Shown here: positions 38,195-49,338 of the stretch, one piece after another | Numbering within the stretch: the first letter of the stretch is position 1 | Layout of the letters: every line of letters begins with the position of its first letter | IMG/VR virus record: IMGVR_UViG_3300021255_002539 | Span: 350,061-414,060 of that record | Strand: one strand, 5' to 3' | Source: a virus | Taxonomy: Duplodnaviria; Caudoviricetes | DNA: 64,000 bases | Position numbers and translations under genes: made by a program | Notes under the pieces: model-generated | Seen by the model: the letters and a program-made list of their open reading frames with translations, nothing else | Told to the model about the DNA's origin: nothing | Database searches by the model: none

Positions 38195-39067
38195 TCAACC
38201 ACCCTTCTTGAGGATCTCGTTCTTGATGTCCAGCAGGGACTTCCCATTGAAGCTCCAGAACCTCAGGCAATTCCCCACATTCCTTCCAGCAATCTTGTTC
38301 GTCAAATTCTTGAGGTTGCCAATGCTGCCATTGACCTTGATCCCGTCAACATCGTTCGTGGTGGTTGCGACTATCGACTCGTCGGCAATGTACTCCAACT
38401 GTCCCCCAACCGGAACCCCAAGTCTGCTGAACGGGAACCAGTTCTTGGGATACTTCTTCGTGGCTGTCTTCTTGGTGGCTGCCGTAGCGACCTTCTTTGG
38501 AGGAACAGAGGTTGTTCCCGCAGACACTGAACCATCCACCACAGGAACCTCCACCTTGTCGCCAAATGGCATTTCCACTGATATCTGCTTCGTTGGAATC
38601 TTCGGTTTCTCATCCTCATTCTTGGCGTTCTCATGACGGCTGTCATCCCCACCTGGAACCTTGTTCAGAACCCCAGACTCAACCAGGAACCTGTCGTTGA
38701 CGACATATGCCTCCATCGCAAGCGCAGCTTCCCTGGTTCTGAAGAACTCAAGTATCGTGGTGTTGAGTTCCACGCCAGCGTCCTGGTACTTCCGAATCTC
38801 GTCACCAGAGCCATGGTAGTCGTCGTCAAGATCCAGTGTCGAGTGGATGCCGATGTAGATTTCCCCCTTGGGCGTAGTGGTGATGTAGAGATAGTGGTAC
38901 AGACCACCGACTCCCTTTACTGGCGACTGATGGACAGTCCATGGATTCTCCTCTGGAAACTGAGACAACCACCAGTTCCTGTAGATTTCGCGTTCGCCCA
39001 TGTGGGGGCAGAGACCCTTGAGATCCCTTCTGTACTTTGCGTAGTTCGTTGTGTTGAATGGTGACAT
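38195..39067 (-). CDS. GIY-YIG (Seg-like) nuclease-domain protein
   Basis: YLYITT..IYIGIHST.DLDDDYHGSG...REAALAME...LNKVPGG. Confidence 0.75.
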   Translation of the reverse strand: MSPFNTTNYAKYRRDLKGLCPHMGEREIYRNWWLSQFPEENPWTVHQSPVKGVGGLYHYLYITTTPKGEIYIGIHSTLDLDDDYHGSGDEIRKYQDAGVELNTTILEFFRTREAALAMEAYVVNDRFLVESGVLNKVPGGDDSRHENAKNEDEKPKIPTKQISVEMPFGDKVEVPVVDGSVSAGTTSVPPKKVATAATKKTATKKYPKNWFPFSRLGVPVGGQLEYIADESIVATTTNDVDGIKVNGSIGNLKNLTNKIAGRNVGNCLRFWSFNGKSLLDIKNEILKKGG

Positions 39068-39085
39068 TATGTACTTCCTTCCGTA

Positions 39086-40000
39086 TTAAGATATGCAAAT
39101 TTCATATTTGTGTTTGCCAATCTTCTTGGCATACACCATTCCCTTGATACTTTTCAAAGTTTTCAAGGTCTCGTCGTTGGTTTCATCTGACTCCAACACC
39201 ATGGATGTCAAATCCAAGGTTTCAATCTTCTTGAATGGTCCGTATTTCCGATTGAAGTCTTTATCCAAATGATATACCCAAATGCTCATTCCTCTACTTG
39301 GGCGAACCACCTTCAATTCAATTGACTTTGGATTGTTTGATGCAAGTATCACGACTTTCTTGTACCCGCGTTCCTTCAATATGGACAGACATTTGTCCTT
39401 ATTCTTTGCAAGTGTCTTGAATATCTGAAGAGTACCATCGTTGGTTTTTCCAACCTGAATAAACAGTTCCTTGTTCAGCATGTCTTTTACTTTTTTGTTG
39501 TCCATGTCAACTCCGTGTTCAGTCCTGCATGTTTTTGAAACACTAAACCCAAATTTCTTGAATCGTTTCCCCTCCTTCATGAACCAATCACCATGTGCAT
39601 CGTATTTACTGTCATCAAAGTGTTGTGGGAAATTGACATAATCGCATATGTGAATCATTTCATGCAGAATCGTCTCCATCCAATTGTGTATCGTAAGCGT
39701 GAATATGCCATTCAATACAAGTTTCTTGACAGTAATTTCTCTAGTAATCGCATCCCTTTCAGCAAAAGTTAATCCAACAAATCCACCCCTTATCTGATTT
39801 GCCACCTCAAACTTAATTTCATTCTCGCTCGGAAGACAACCAAAGAAGAATTCCTTGTTCATCTTGTTGTAGACAACCTTCATGAATTCCACTGTTGGGG
39901 TGAACTTCTCGTCAGACACATCCTTGTTGAAGGAAGCATTGATGGACTCCATATCAGATGGGGTCTTGCTTGCTTCTGTTATCAACCTAATCCATTTCAT
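39086..40000 (-). CDS. SprT-like zinc metalloprotease
   Basis: YNKMNKEFF, TILHEMIH and HGDWF motifs. Confidence 0.85.
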   Translation of the reverse strand: MKWIRLITEASKTPSDMESINASFNKDVSDEKFTPTVEFMKVVYNKMNKEFFFGCLPSENEIKFEVANQIRGGFVGLTFAERDAITREITVKKLVLNGIFTLTIHNWMETILHEMIHICDYVNFPQHFDDSKYDAHGDWFMKEGKRFKKFGFSVSKTCRTEHGVDMDNKKVKDMLNKELFIQVGKTNDGTLQIFKTLAKNKDKCLSILKERGYKKVVILASNNPKSIELKVVRPSRGMSIWVYHLDKDFNRKYGPFKKIETLDLTSMVLESDETNDETLKTLKSIKGMVYAKKIGKHKYEICIS

Positions 40001-40007
40001 GTTTCAA

Positions 40008-42455
40008 TTATACTCCCATATTGGGGATTTCGGAAATACCACTGAAGTCCATCTTGTCCAAGTCCTCGGGGAACAGGACATTTGGATGCCGCTCCCTGTC
40101 TGAAAGTCCATCTATCCGTTCAAGCTCCCTGCAGAACGCATCATATGCCTTTGCGAAGTCGAAGTTACCATGCGCAGAACCATCCACGAGATAGCCACCA
40201 TCAACCTTGAAGCCGAACTGGGATTCGACCTTTGCGAACGCATGCTCAATGACTTCCCTGTCCGCATCCAACAAGTTGCATATACTGTTGTGGAGGCGGC
40301 TCCTTCTCATGCCATAGTCGCAATGTTCGGCGTAGCTCAGCTCGTCTATTGGCAGAAGTCTGAGTCTGCAATATTGGTGGGCTGTGTGGAACAGCACTTC
40401 TCGCTTCCAATCAGGCATTGTCACCATCCTCCTTCATTGTCGTTTCCATTATGAAATGAGCTTCCTCAATGTCTCTATCACCTCAGGGGTGATGTTCGTC
40501 TGACCATCCTTCGAGTCATCTATCTGAATGAAATATCCAAGAACATCCCCATTCTGGGACGCCCTTATGCGCTCTATCGACGAGATGTACCCGACGAGAC
40601 TCCAATCGAATAGATGTTGAACCAACTCGTCCTCGTCCTTCGCGATCCTGCCATCCCACCTGTCAACGAAGTCTGCGGATACAATGCGAATGTATGGAAA
40701 TCCGGAACCATCGTGGAACGCCTCGTTAGCAATGTCGTTTTCGACCAATTCGATGATGTCCTTAGAAGATAGATATATGTCGTGAATGTCAGACATTGGC
40801 ATCATCGTCCTTCCTTGCCGAATATGCGGCGACTACCATCAATCCAGACACAACTGTGGTTGCGGTGTGGCACAGAACCCTCCCAACAAGTGGGACATTG
40901 GGATCAGACGCAATCCACCTAATCCCAAATGCGAAGAAGCATATTGCGAATAGAACAATGCAAATGGACTTCATGCCTTGCTCTCCTTCTCCAACTGCTT
41001 CGTGAACAGGTCAGCAAGCTCGTTCAAGTCCCTATATGGGTCGTTGGTGGGGTGGATATGGTATCTGCGCTCGTACTCTTCGCAGGAAGTCCTCAATGCA
41101 TCCTCCACCTGCTTCCTCGTCAAGCCATATTCCTTCGCAACCTCGCCATGCACCCGAATCCTGGTTTCGTCCGCGAACTCAAACAAGTCGTTCTCGAAAT
41201 CCCTCACCGAGCATGGGTCAAGGACAATGGAGGCATATTGGTATGGAAGGTCCCGTCTCACTTCGAAACCTTTCTGAGGATGTTCCTGCCCTTGCGAGTG
41301 ATCTTGTATTCAAACTTCTCGTTGTAGTCGAGGATATCGTGGTAGAGCATCTGGGCGAACAGAGTGGAATTGCTCTTCTTGTGGTTGCCCCAGACCCCAA
41401 ACTGGATGTCAGAACGCTTGCATCCGGGGTGCTTCTCCACGAACCTCAGAACCTTGACATATACCCTGTCCTTGGTTGGGGACGAGAAGTTGTAGGTGTG
41501 GTAATCCCAAGCTCCATGATATGGGTGGTTGTCGATGTAATTGGGTATGTTCACATGGCGCATATTTGTCCTCCTTTGCTTTGTTTGCCATTATTATAAC
41601 ATATTGTGGGTCAAATTGTCAAGTGGTTCAAATCGACCTTCCGTGGATGGTTGAATCTATAGAATCCCACAAGATGGTGGGTTCGTCCTGGTCGTCTTTC
41701 TCCAACGATATCATCAGAAGGTCAGACGCCTTGTATATGCAATTCCTCAACATCGTTACCTTGTTTGGTATATATGTTGACTTGATGTACGAAGTCCTTT
41801 CCACCGTAAAGAACACAGGTGGGACAGAAAGCCACTTCTCGTAGCCCTCGGGTGGACAGGGTAAATATGGTCTTGCCACCTTCACCATGTCGTAGTTGAG
41901 TGGCAAGTATTTGACAGCATCTTGGGAATCCCCAACCTTGATGACATCCTGGCAATATTCAACCCAGCTCTTGATGCCCTTCCACCGAGACGAATCCATT
42001 GTCCTGCCACCTATGCAATCGTCGTTGTAGTTGTACATTGAAAACTGCTTCATCAACTCTGGGGATGGGTGGCCGCTTCCAAGAAGTGAACACGGAGGCA
42101 TCCACTCGCCACTTGGGGCCTTCAACCCAGACTTCACATACAACGAGGTAAGCTTTGGCTTCTTCTCCACAGTAACGCAAGAGACCTCCTTGAAGCCATA
42201 TTCAACAGTTCCATCGTCCATTGCGAACTGAACTGGCCACATGCCAGTCTCGTCTGAGGTTTTTCTCGTGTTGAACTTGAATGTGTGTATCCTCCTTGTG
42301 AACACATCGCCAGAATCAGACGAGAACATGAAGTCCAGGTTCTTTGGATAGAGCTTTACCCAAAGCGACTTCAGGATATCACGCATCAGATGATCCTTCA
42401 CATATATCCCCTCAGTGAGGAATTGGATTTGCTTGATTCGCCTTTGCTTTGACAT
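40008..42455 (-). CDS. Hypothetical ORFs (40008-40427, 40449-40799, 40789-40974, 40971-41261, 41258-41563, 41628-42455)
   Basis: Coupled, co-oriented ORFs behind sigma70-like promoters. Confidence 0.55.
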
Positions 42456-42517
42456 ACGCCCATATTATACCACAAACCGCGCCAATTATAAAGGCGCGTT
42501 GTTGAGGCATACAAGAA

Positions 42518-42596
42518 GAGCCAGGGGAAATTGTGGATTGTATAGTTGATTCAATTTAACAGATTGAGAAGTATCAATCCACTCACCACTGGCTAC
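42518..42596 (-). ncRNA. Y-RNA-like RNA downstream of Ro60, with its own promoter
   Basis: AGCCAG-TGGTGA-GTGGATTG-ATACTTC-loop-CAATCCAC-AATTTCCC-CTGGCT; TTTACA-N17-TATAAT at 42631-42603. Confidence 0.75.
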
Positions 42597-42640
42597 ATTC
42601 TAATTATACAACAAATTGGTCTGCGTGTAAAGCTTCAATT

Positions 42641-44299
42641 TCAGATGGACATGTTCTCAATGTCCTCCACCATGGACTTCAGCTTGCCAGCCTTGTACAT
42701 GGAGATTATGTCAAAGATGTTGTTCGACCAGCCCGAGACATTGAGCAGCTTGAGGTTGGGGTTGAACACGGAGGTGCCACTCTGGCCCCTGATGTTGCAG
42801 CACACCGTAAGGCAATTGGGGTTGATCTTCCTGAATTCCTTGAACAAGTCCTGGAACTTGACTCTGGATGTGCTGGTGCAGTCCCAACCACCCTCGCCAC
42901 CATCGCCAATCTCCATGTCAGAGAACACGATGAAGTTGTCGATGTGCTTCTTCTCCTTGATGACATTCTTGAGGAACTCGTATAGTCCATTCTCGGTCGC
43001 TCCACCACACTTGTCGCCCTCGTCGTAAGTGTGCTTGTTGAACTCAAGCAGACCAATGCCCCTGTCCATTGCAGGAGAGATTAGCCTGTCTCCGAACATG
43101 CCAATGTAGACATCCTTCTGCTTGAACGCCACGATGGAGCCGAAGAGATTGCCAATGTGCGCCGTATTGACGCTGCTCCAAGGCGAGACGCCCGAAGATG
43201 CCCAAGAATCCCCCCTCACAGAGCCAGAGTGGTCGATGAGGACAGCGCAGTTGCCCTCCAGGTCAGGGACATTCTCGCAGGCGATGTTCATCGCCTGTTC
43301 AAGTGCCTTTGACACCTTGGACTTCAGCTCAGAGAGCTTGCTTGCGGTCATGTTGGAGGATTTCGCTTCGTCTGACTCGAACTTAATCTTCGTGTCGGTT
43401 TCGTCCCCATTAATGTAGTCAGACATCTCCAACTTGTTCACAGCATCGTATGCAGACATGAACCTGAATGGCAGGAGCCTGCTGTTCACAACCTTGTCGT
43501 GGTTCGTGAGCTGCTTGGTTGCCTCGTCAATCAAGTCAGGAGCATAGAGCATGATGTTCCTGAGGTTGCGGAGCAGGTTCATTATTGGCATTCCCTTCTC
43601 AAGCACAGCCTTGATTGCGTCGTGCTTCGCCAGAACCAGCTCCTGCTCGTTGCTTGCGTTCTGGCCCGTAGCTGCCATCTCCTTCTCCAGAATCTTGGAG
43701 TCGTATGTCCCATCAAGGGACTCCCCATGCATCAGGCGGCGATATGCCTCCCTGTTCTTGTCAGTTGGGGTTGGATGGAGCAGATTCACGATGTCCACCA
43801 AGGACAGGTACTTGCCCTTCATCTTGTACTTGTCAATCTGATATGGCGAGAGATTGGAAAGCACAGTGCCAAAGCCCCTCTTCATGGCGTTGGGTACCTT
43901 GCGAATCTTGCCATCGGTGGCATTCATCTTGGCATAGCAAGACAGAATCTCGGAAATGTCGTCTGGCCGAAGGACAATATGCTCGTAGAAGGACTTGAGC
44001 CAGGTTGGGTGCGTGGAGTCCTTACAGACCAATGCAGCAAGAAGATGGCTCACCGAGCGGAGGTTTCCCTTCGTCCTGGCATAGAGGGCCAACTTCGCAG
44101 TGAACTCGTAGCCACACTTTTGGGCAAGCTCAACGATGTTCTGCGTCAACTGATTCTCGGTGACATAGTATGCGTCAGTGAGGAAAGTGGTCATGACCAT
44201 GGAAGTCAAGGCTTCCTTGTCAGACAGAACATATGCGTCCTCGCCCATGAAGTTCTGCTCCATTTGTGCGCCAGCCTTCTTCTCGTTGAACTTGCTCAT
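42641..44299 (-). CDS. rsr: Ro60/TROVE-domain RNA-binding protein with a vWA domain
   Basis: KLALYARTKGNLRSVSH, RPDD, YQIDKY, DIVNLLHP, LLRNLRN, SRLLPFRFMSAY and DHSGS MIDAS-like motifs. Confidence 0.93.
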   Translation of the reverse strand: MSKFNEKKAGAQMEQNFMGEDAYVLSDKEALTSMVMTTFLTDAYYVTENQLTQNIVELAQKCGYEFTAKLALYARTKGNLRSVSHLLAALVCKDSTHPTWLKSFYEHIVLRPDDISEILSCYAKMNATDGKIRKVPNAMKRGFGTVLSNLSPYQIDKYKMKGKYLSLVDIVNLLHPTPTDKNREAYRRLMHGESLDGTYDSKILEKEMAATGQNASNEQELVLAKHDAIKAVLEKGMPIMNLLRNLRNIMLYAPDLIDEATKQLTNHDKVVNSRLLPFRFMSAYDAVNKLEMSDYINGDETDTKIKFESDEAKSSNMTASKLSELKSKVSKALEQAMNIACENVPDLEGNCAVLIDHSGSVRGDSWASSGVSPWSSVNTAHIGNLFGSIVAFKQKDVYIGMFGDRLISPAMDRGIGLLEFNKHTYDEGDKCGGATENGLYEFLKNVIKEKKHIDNFIVFSDMEIGDGGEGGWDCTSTSRVKFQDLFKEFRKINPNCLTVCCNIRGQSGTSVFNPNLKLLNVSGWSNNIFDIISMYKAGKLKSMVEDIENMSI

Positions 44300-44328
44300 C
44301 TACTGTGCCTTTCCTTTCTATACATCAA

Positions 44329-44420
44329 GAATGTTGCGAGGGAAAGTCTGTGAAAGTCTGTTTAGTGCGAATTTCCTATTTGCGTTAGAAGTAACTTCCA
44401 CATCACCACTCGCAACATCC
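44329..44420 (-). ncRNA. Y-RNA-like RNA in the Ro60 leader
   Basis: GATGTTGCGAG-TGGTGA-TGTGGAAG-TTACTTC-loop-CTTTCACA-GACTTTCC-CTCGCAACATT; starts right after TTTACA-N17-TATAAT (44451-44423). Confidence 0.78.
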
Positions 44421-44462
44421 TAATTATACATCAAACCCCAAATGTTGTAAAGGGGTTTCTGC

Positions 44463-46169
44463 TTACATTTGCGTCTGTACTGGCATTGGCTTCACTGGGG
44501 TGTTGACGACGCCAGAGAGGGAGAGCAACTGGCCCGCTGCAGACGCACCATTTTTCATCGTCTCAATCACGGCGGCAGCCGAATCAACGATGCCCTTCTC
44601 CATCAAGTCAATCATCTCGCCAGTGCCCAGATCCACGCACCTGGTCCAAGCAGAAATCGGAATCTTGTATGCCTCCGTTTCCTTGTGGGTAAGATGTTCC
44701 TCCCTGTTGGCTGCCTGAACCACACCAAGCGCGTAGTGGGCGTTCTGCTTGCCAGAATTGCCACACACCGTGAGGAATGGCTTGCTCAAGGCGTCTGCGA
44801 ACACTCGGAATCCTGAAGCCTCCTCGGATGTCAGCTCTGCAATGTGCTCTGCAAGCCACGCATACAGTTCGTCCTGAATCGTGAGGTATGTCAAGCCACA
44901 TCCAGGGACGATTCCATGCTTCTGGGAACTTGATACGCTTGCAAAAGCGTCATCCACCAAGTCCTTCTTCTCGTGCATCTCAGCCTCGGTCGCTCCACCA
45001 ACAGATATGATGCCGATTCCAGACACCATGCGGGCCTTCCTCGTCTTGTTGATGTTGCGATCATAGTCAGTGGCCTTCTCGTCGGCAAGCTCAGACTCAA
45101 TCTCGGCAACCCTCTTGTCGAACCTGTCCTTGACTATAACAGATGGGTCGGCTATGATGGAGGTGGATTCCGAGGTCACAATCACCTGCTTTGCAGAACC
45201 AAGGATTGTCATGTCTGAACAGACACTCTCAAGCGTCAACCCGGTCTCAGGTGAGATTACCTTGCCACCCGTTACTACTGCCAAGTCCTCCATCATCTTC
45301 GTGCGCCACTCGCCATAGTTCGGTCCAAGGATTGCGCAAATTGGCAGACCGCGAATCTTGTTCACGATGAAGGTGTTGAGGATGTCTGGGTCGTAGTTCT
45401 CTGCCACCACCAATATCGGGCGGTTCAACTTGCTCAATGCCTCGAATGGCTTGAGAAGCTCGCCAAGCACCGACAGCCTCTTGTTGACAAGCAAGATGAT
45501 TGGATTGTCAAGCACAGCCTCCCCATGCTCGTTGGTTGCGAAGTAGGGGGACTCGAAGCCACGGTCGATGGTCATGCCATACACAATCTTGGAAGTCGTC
45601 TTGTCTGTGTTGGAAAGCTCGACTCGCGCCATTCCATCCTTGCCAATCTTGGAGAACACATCGGTGAGGATCTTCGCAATCTCGTCGGAGCCATTGGCAG
45701 AGACCTTCGCCACATTGTAGATGTCCTGGTCAGTCTTGACTGGGGTGGACAAGTTCTCAGCAACCAGCTTTTGCGCGAGTTCGCTGGCCTTGTTGATGCC
45801 CTTCCTGAGCAAGTTGCCATTTACCCCGGCTGTGAGGAATGTATGCCCCTGTTGGAAGATCTCGTTCGCCAAGATGCAGGTGGCGGTCGTTCCATCGCCA
45901 GCCTTCCTGTTCGTCTCGTCTGATGCTGACCTAATCACGCTCAACGCGATGAAGTCTGACTCGGTCTCTGGCTCTGTCATCGAGCGCAAGACGGAGATTC
46001 CGTCCTTCGTCACCCTGGCAGTCTTGCCATTGAGCAGGAACACATTGTGCCCATATGGACCAGCGGTCTGAGCCACTATGTCCGAAATCTTCTGCGCCGA
46101 CTTCTTGACGCCAAGCAACACTTCCTCGGTATTGCCATGAATCTGTGTAGAATAGTTGTTGTTATCCAT
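44463..46169 (-). CDS. groEL: Chaperonin GroEL-like protein
   Basis: TAGPYG, VTKDG, AGDGTTAT, DRGFESPYF and VGGATEAEMHEKKD motifs. Confidence 0.95.
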   Translation of the reverse strand: MDNNNYSTQIHGNTEEVLLGVKKSAQKISDIVAQTAGPYGHNVFLLNGKTARVTKDGISVLRSMTEPETESDFIALSVIRSASDETNRKAGDGTTATCILANEIFQQGHTFLTAGVNGNLLRKGINKASELAQKLVAENLSTPVKTDQDIYNVAKVSANGSDEIAKILTDVFSKIGKDGMARVELSNTDKTTSKIVYGMTIDRGFESPYFATNEHGEAVLDNPIILLVNKRLSVLGELLKPFEALSKLNRPILVVAENYDPDILNTFIVNKIRGLPICAILGPNYGEWRTKMMEDLAVVTGGKVISPETGLTLESVCSDMTILGSAKQVIVTSESTSIIADPSVIVKDRFDKRVAEIESELADEKATDYDRNINKTRKARMVSGIGIISVGGATEAEMHEKKDLVDDAFASVSSSQKHGIVPGCGLTYLTIQDELYAWLAEHIAELTSEEASGFRVFADALSKPFLTVCGNSGKQNAHYALGVVQAANREEHLTHKETEAYKIPISAWTRCVDLGTGEMIDLMEKGIVDSAAAVIETMKNGASAAGQLLSLSGVVNTPVKPMPVQTQM

Positions 46170-46230
46170 TGTTGTCGTAAACCTTTCCATGTGTTGTAAT
46201 TATACGAAAACCACATTTGCTCCACAAATG

Positions 46231-46237
46231 GTAAATA
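46231..46237 (+). promoter_or_regulatory. Late-promoter motif GTAAATA (representative copy)
   Basis: The same motif precedes structural or TAG-containing genes at about 6511, 21517, 25935, 27100, 29833, 50055, 50130, 52318, 55345, 56141 and 59785; T4 late promoter is TATAAATA. Confidence 0.7.
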
Positions 46238-46280
46238 GAGTCAAATGCGACAAAGACACAAAGGACTTTGAGATAACAGG

Positions 46281-48275
46281 ATGTCAGACGATAGCAAGAG
46301 ATATACATTGACCCTTGATTCGGATGGTGGATTCGGACAAGATGGAATGCCATTGTTCGAGCGGAGGAAGGTCGAGTACGACAAGCCAGTTGGGACATTG
46401 CCACACCCCAGGAAAGTCGGATTCAGATTCAATGGGTGGTTCAGGCGTCTGCCATCGTTGGTCAAGAACGAGCTTGTGGACGGCATGAAGTACCCATCCA
46501 GGAGGGACTTGACATACACCGCCATGTGGAGTGCCAACAAATCGTACACGATAACCTGGATGAATGGGGATCAAAGGGTGGACAGATGGCCCAACAAGCC
46601 CTATGGCTCCTACTATGGCAAATTGCCAGATGCAGTTCCACCAAGCGTACACTACGAGTTCGTGGGTTGGTATCTGGATTCAGAATCTGATGTCAAGGCA
46701 GACCCCATGACGATGGTCGAGTGCGACAGAACCTGGCATGCGAGGTGGAGCAGGAAACAGTACACGATATCGTTCAAGGACAGGCAGTTCAAGAACGAGT
46801 TTCCAGAAATTGTGGTTCAAGCTGGCGATGCAGTTGGTCAGCTCCCAGACCCCCGTGTGATTGGATATGTGTTGGATGGGTGGTATGTTGGGGATGTGAA
46901 GATAGACGGCGAGTACATTCCATCTGGGGATGCAGTGGCCGAAGCCAAGTGGCATCCAATTGAATATGGCATAACGTGGAATGCGGACCATTGTCAAGAA
47001 GTCCCCAAAACCGACGACTATCCCAGGAAATACACTGTGGAGTCCAACGACATAGTGCCACCACCACTGGACCAGAACCTCGTCGACGACGACTACTACT
47101 TCAACAGATGGGTTCCAGAATCAATCGCCCATGGTTCAACTGGAAACAGGATGTTCACTGCGGTCGTGGAGAAGCTGCCAGACCCACCGACATTCGTTTT
47201 GATGTTCGATGCGAACCAAGGTCAGGTTACCCCCAGCAAGCAGGATGTAGTGCAGTGGAAGGAACTGGGTGAATTGCCAATACCAGAAAGGGAGGGGCAT
47301 GTGTTCCTGGGGTGGTTCGTTGGGGATCAACAGATATCAAGCGAAACCAAGTACATTTGGAGTCAGAACATAACTGCCCAGGCGCATTGGAGGCCAAACA
47401 TGTATACTGTGGTATACAACGGAAACCTGGCATCGTCTGGGGACATGCCATCAGAGACCCACTATTGGGGTGAGTGGTTTGACCTGCCAAAGAACACATA
47501 CGCCAGACAGTTCTCGGTGACATTCAACTGGAACGACGGGAGGGCAGAGAGCAGTCAATCTGGCTTGGCGAACGGCATGTGGCACAGCACAGACGATGGC
47601 TACATAGACTACACTCAGGACGACGATGGCAACCCAGTGTACAGAGAGGACATAACGCAGGTGTTCGTGGAGGACATGGCGTTTGCTGGGTGGTCGAGAT
47701 CGCCAGTGGATGTCGTTGACGAGCATGTTGATGGGGAGAGGGTCGTGAATCTGGCGGTTGAGGATGGCGCAGTCGTCACCCTGTACGCCATGTGGGAGAC
47801 GCAATACCTCGAAATGCCAGTCGCCCAGAGGAAGGGATTCATCTTCCTGGGGTGGTCGTTCGAGAGGCAAGACGACTTCCCCCACCCAGGGTACAACACC
47901 AAGGACAAGGTGAAGTCCCTGAGGATTGGAAAGACAGTTGGTCCACTCAACGACTCTGACCCAATAGCAGACAGGGAGAACTACTTGATTTGGAAGCCCA
48001 GCACCCACAGGAGGTTGAACGAGCAATACGAACTGAGTGGGATGTGGTACCCAATAGTACCAACGGTTGATCCAGACAACACCACGTCCAGAGATGAAGA
48101 AGAAGGGGAAGGGGATACAGACGCGACATTGTACGCCATGTGGTATGGAAACACGCCATATGTCCCACCAGACATCAACATCGTAATCGACGACAACCAC
48201 GAGAACTTCGTCGAGGCCAGGATAGACAACAACTTCGAGAACTTCATAGACATCATAACGAACAACAATTCGTAA
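46281..48275 (+). CDS. Listeria-Bacteroides repeat (InlB B-repeat) protein, probably virion-exposed
   Basis: Multiple LP.P.R.GY.F.GW...T.YA.W repeats. Confidence 0.88.
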   Translation: MSDDSKRYTLTLDSDGGFGQDGMPLFERRKVEYDKPVGTLPHPRKVGFRFNGWFRRLPSLVKNELVDGMKYPSRRDLTYTAMWSANKSYTITWMNGDQRVDRWPNKPYGSYYGKLPDAVPPSVHYEFVGWYLDSESDVKADPMTMVECDRTWHARWSRKQYTISFKDRQFKNEFPEIVVQAGDAVGQLPDPRVIGYVLDGWYVGDVKIDGEYIPSGDAVAEAKWHPIEYGITWNADHCQEVPKTDDYPRKYTVESNDIVPPPLDQNLVDDDYYFNRWVPESIAHGSTGNRMFTAVVEKLPDPPTFVLMFDANQGQVTPSKQDVVQWKELGELPIPEREGHVFLGWFVGDQQISSETKYIWSQNITAQAHWRPNMYTVVYNGNLASSGDMPSETHYWGEWFDLPKNTYARQFSVTFNWNDGRAESSQSGLANGMWHSTDDGYIDYTQDDDGNPVYREDITQVFVEDMAFAGWSRSPVDVVDEHVDGERVVNLAVEDGAVVTLYAMWETQYLEMPVAQRKGFIFLGWSFERQDDFPHPGYNTKDKVKSLRIGKTVGPLNDSDPIADRENYLIWKPSTHRRLNEQYELSGMWYPIVPTVDPDNTTSRDEEEGEGDTDATLYAMWYGNTPYVPPDINIVIDDNHENFVEARIDNNFENFIDIITNNNS

Positions 48276-48291
48276 TTGGAGGGCAACAGAC

Positions 48292-49335
48292 ATGTCAGAG
48301 ATAAGGACAATAGTTGGGCAAAAGGGGGTGGAGACTGTTATACCACCATGCCCATACCAACGCGAGAACTTCACCTTCGTTGGGTGGAACACGGACAGGA
48401 ACGCATCCACCGCAGAGTTCCCCAAGGACCAGGATGGGAACACCAAGGTGACTCTGGACGAGGACACGACCTTGTACGCAATATGGAAGAGAACCACTTT
48501 CAGGGTGGAGTTCGATCCAAATGGAGGGGATTCTGACGTAGACGACAAATACATCGAAACTGGGCACAGATTGGGTGGATTGCCACAGGCCGTCAGGGAA
48601 AACTACGACTTCGATGGGTGGTATTCGCAATCAATTGGTGGCACAAAGGTCTCAGAGGACACCATCGTCAACCACGACATGACATTGTTCGCCCAATGGA
48701 TTGCCAGAACGCAACCAGAGCCATAGCCACCACAACCAGAACCCGAGCCTGCGCCAATCCCACCAGCACCACCACCAATTTCAACACCACCAGTAGTGGT
48801 ATTCGATGTCAACGAATTGGTTCCAACAGGGAAGACGAAGAAGGTATACCACAGATGGGAGTCCCCTCCTGGCACAAAGGCGCGCTTGGAGCACTTGTCC
48901 AACGACAGAAAGACTGGGTGCAGGACATATTGGGCGCACAACACAGGGGAGCTCTACACCCATTCCATCTTCACCGACCACACATATGTGAAGACCGAAA
49001 TAGTCCCAGGCAGGAACATGAGGACTGGCAGTCAGATACTGTTGTTCCAAGACTACCCACCCATCTTCGAATACCCTGCGCACGACATTCTGTGTTGGTA
49101 TTTGATGAAGAGCGCGTCTCCAAAGGGAATATCGCAAGAGACTGGAATCGTCGAGACAGAGATCTCGTCCAGATTCACGCCAATAGTCAACTCCATACAA
49201 AGTCAAAGCATATTCGACTACAAGTCGATATATGTCTACATAGACATAACCTACATGCAGTCGTTCAAGTATCCTGGATTGGACAACAAGGTTTGGGGCT
49301 TCATCTTCTGGCCATTGGTGAGTCCATTGCCATGA
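48292..49335 (+). CDS. InlB B-repeat protein with a Pro-rich linker and C-terminal domain; 1 in-frame TAG
   Basis: 48292-48726 continues TQPEP*PPQPEPEPAP into 48796-49335 in frame. Confidence 0.85.
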
Positions 49336-49338
49336 CGG

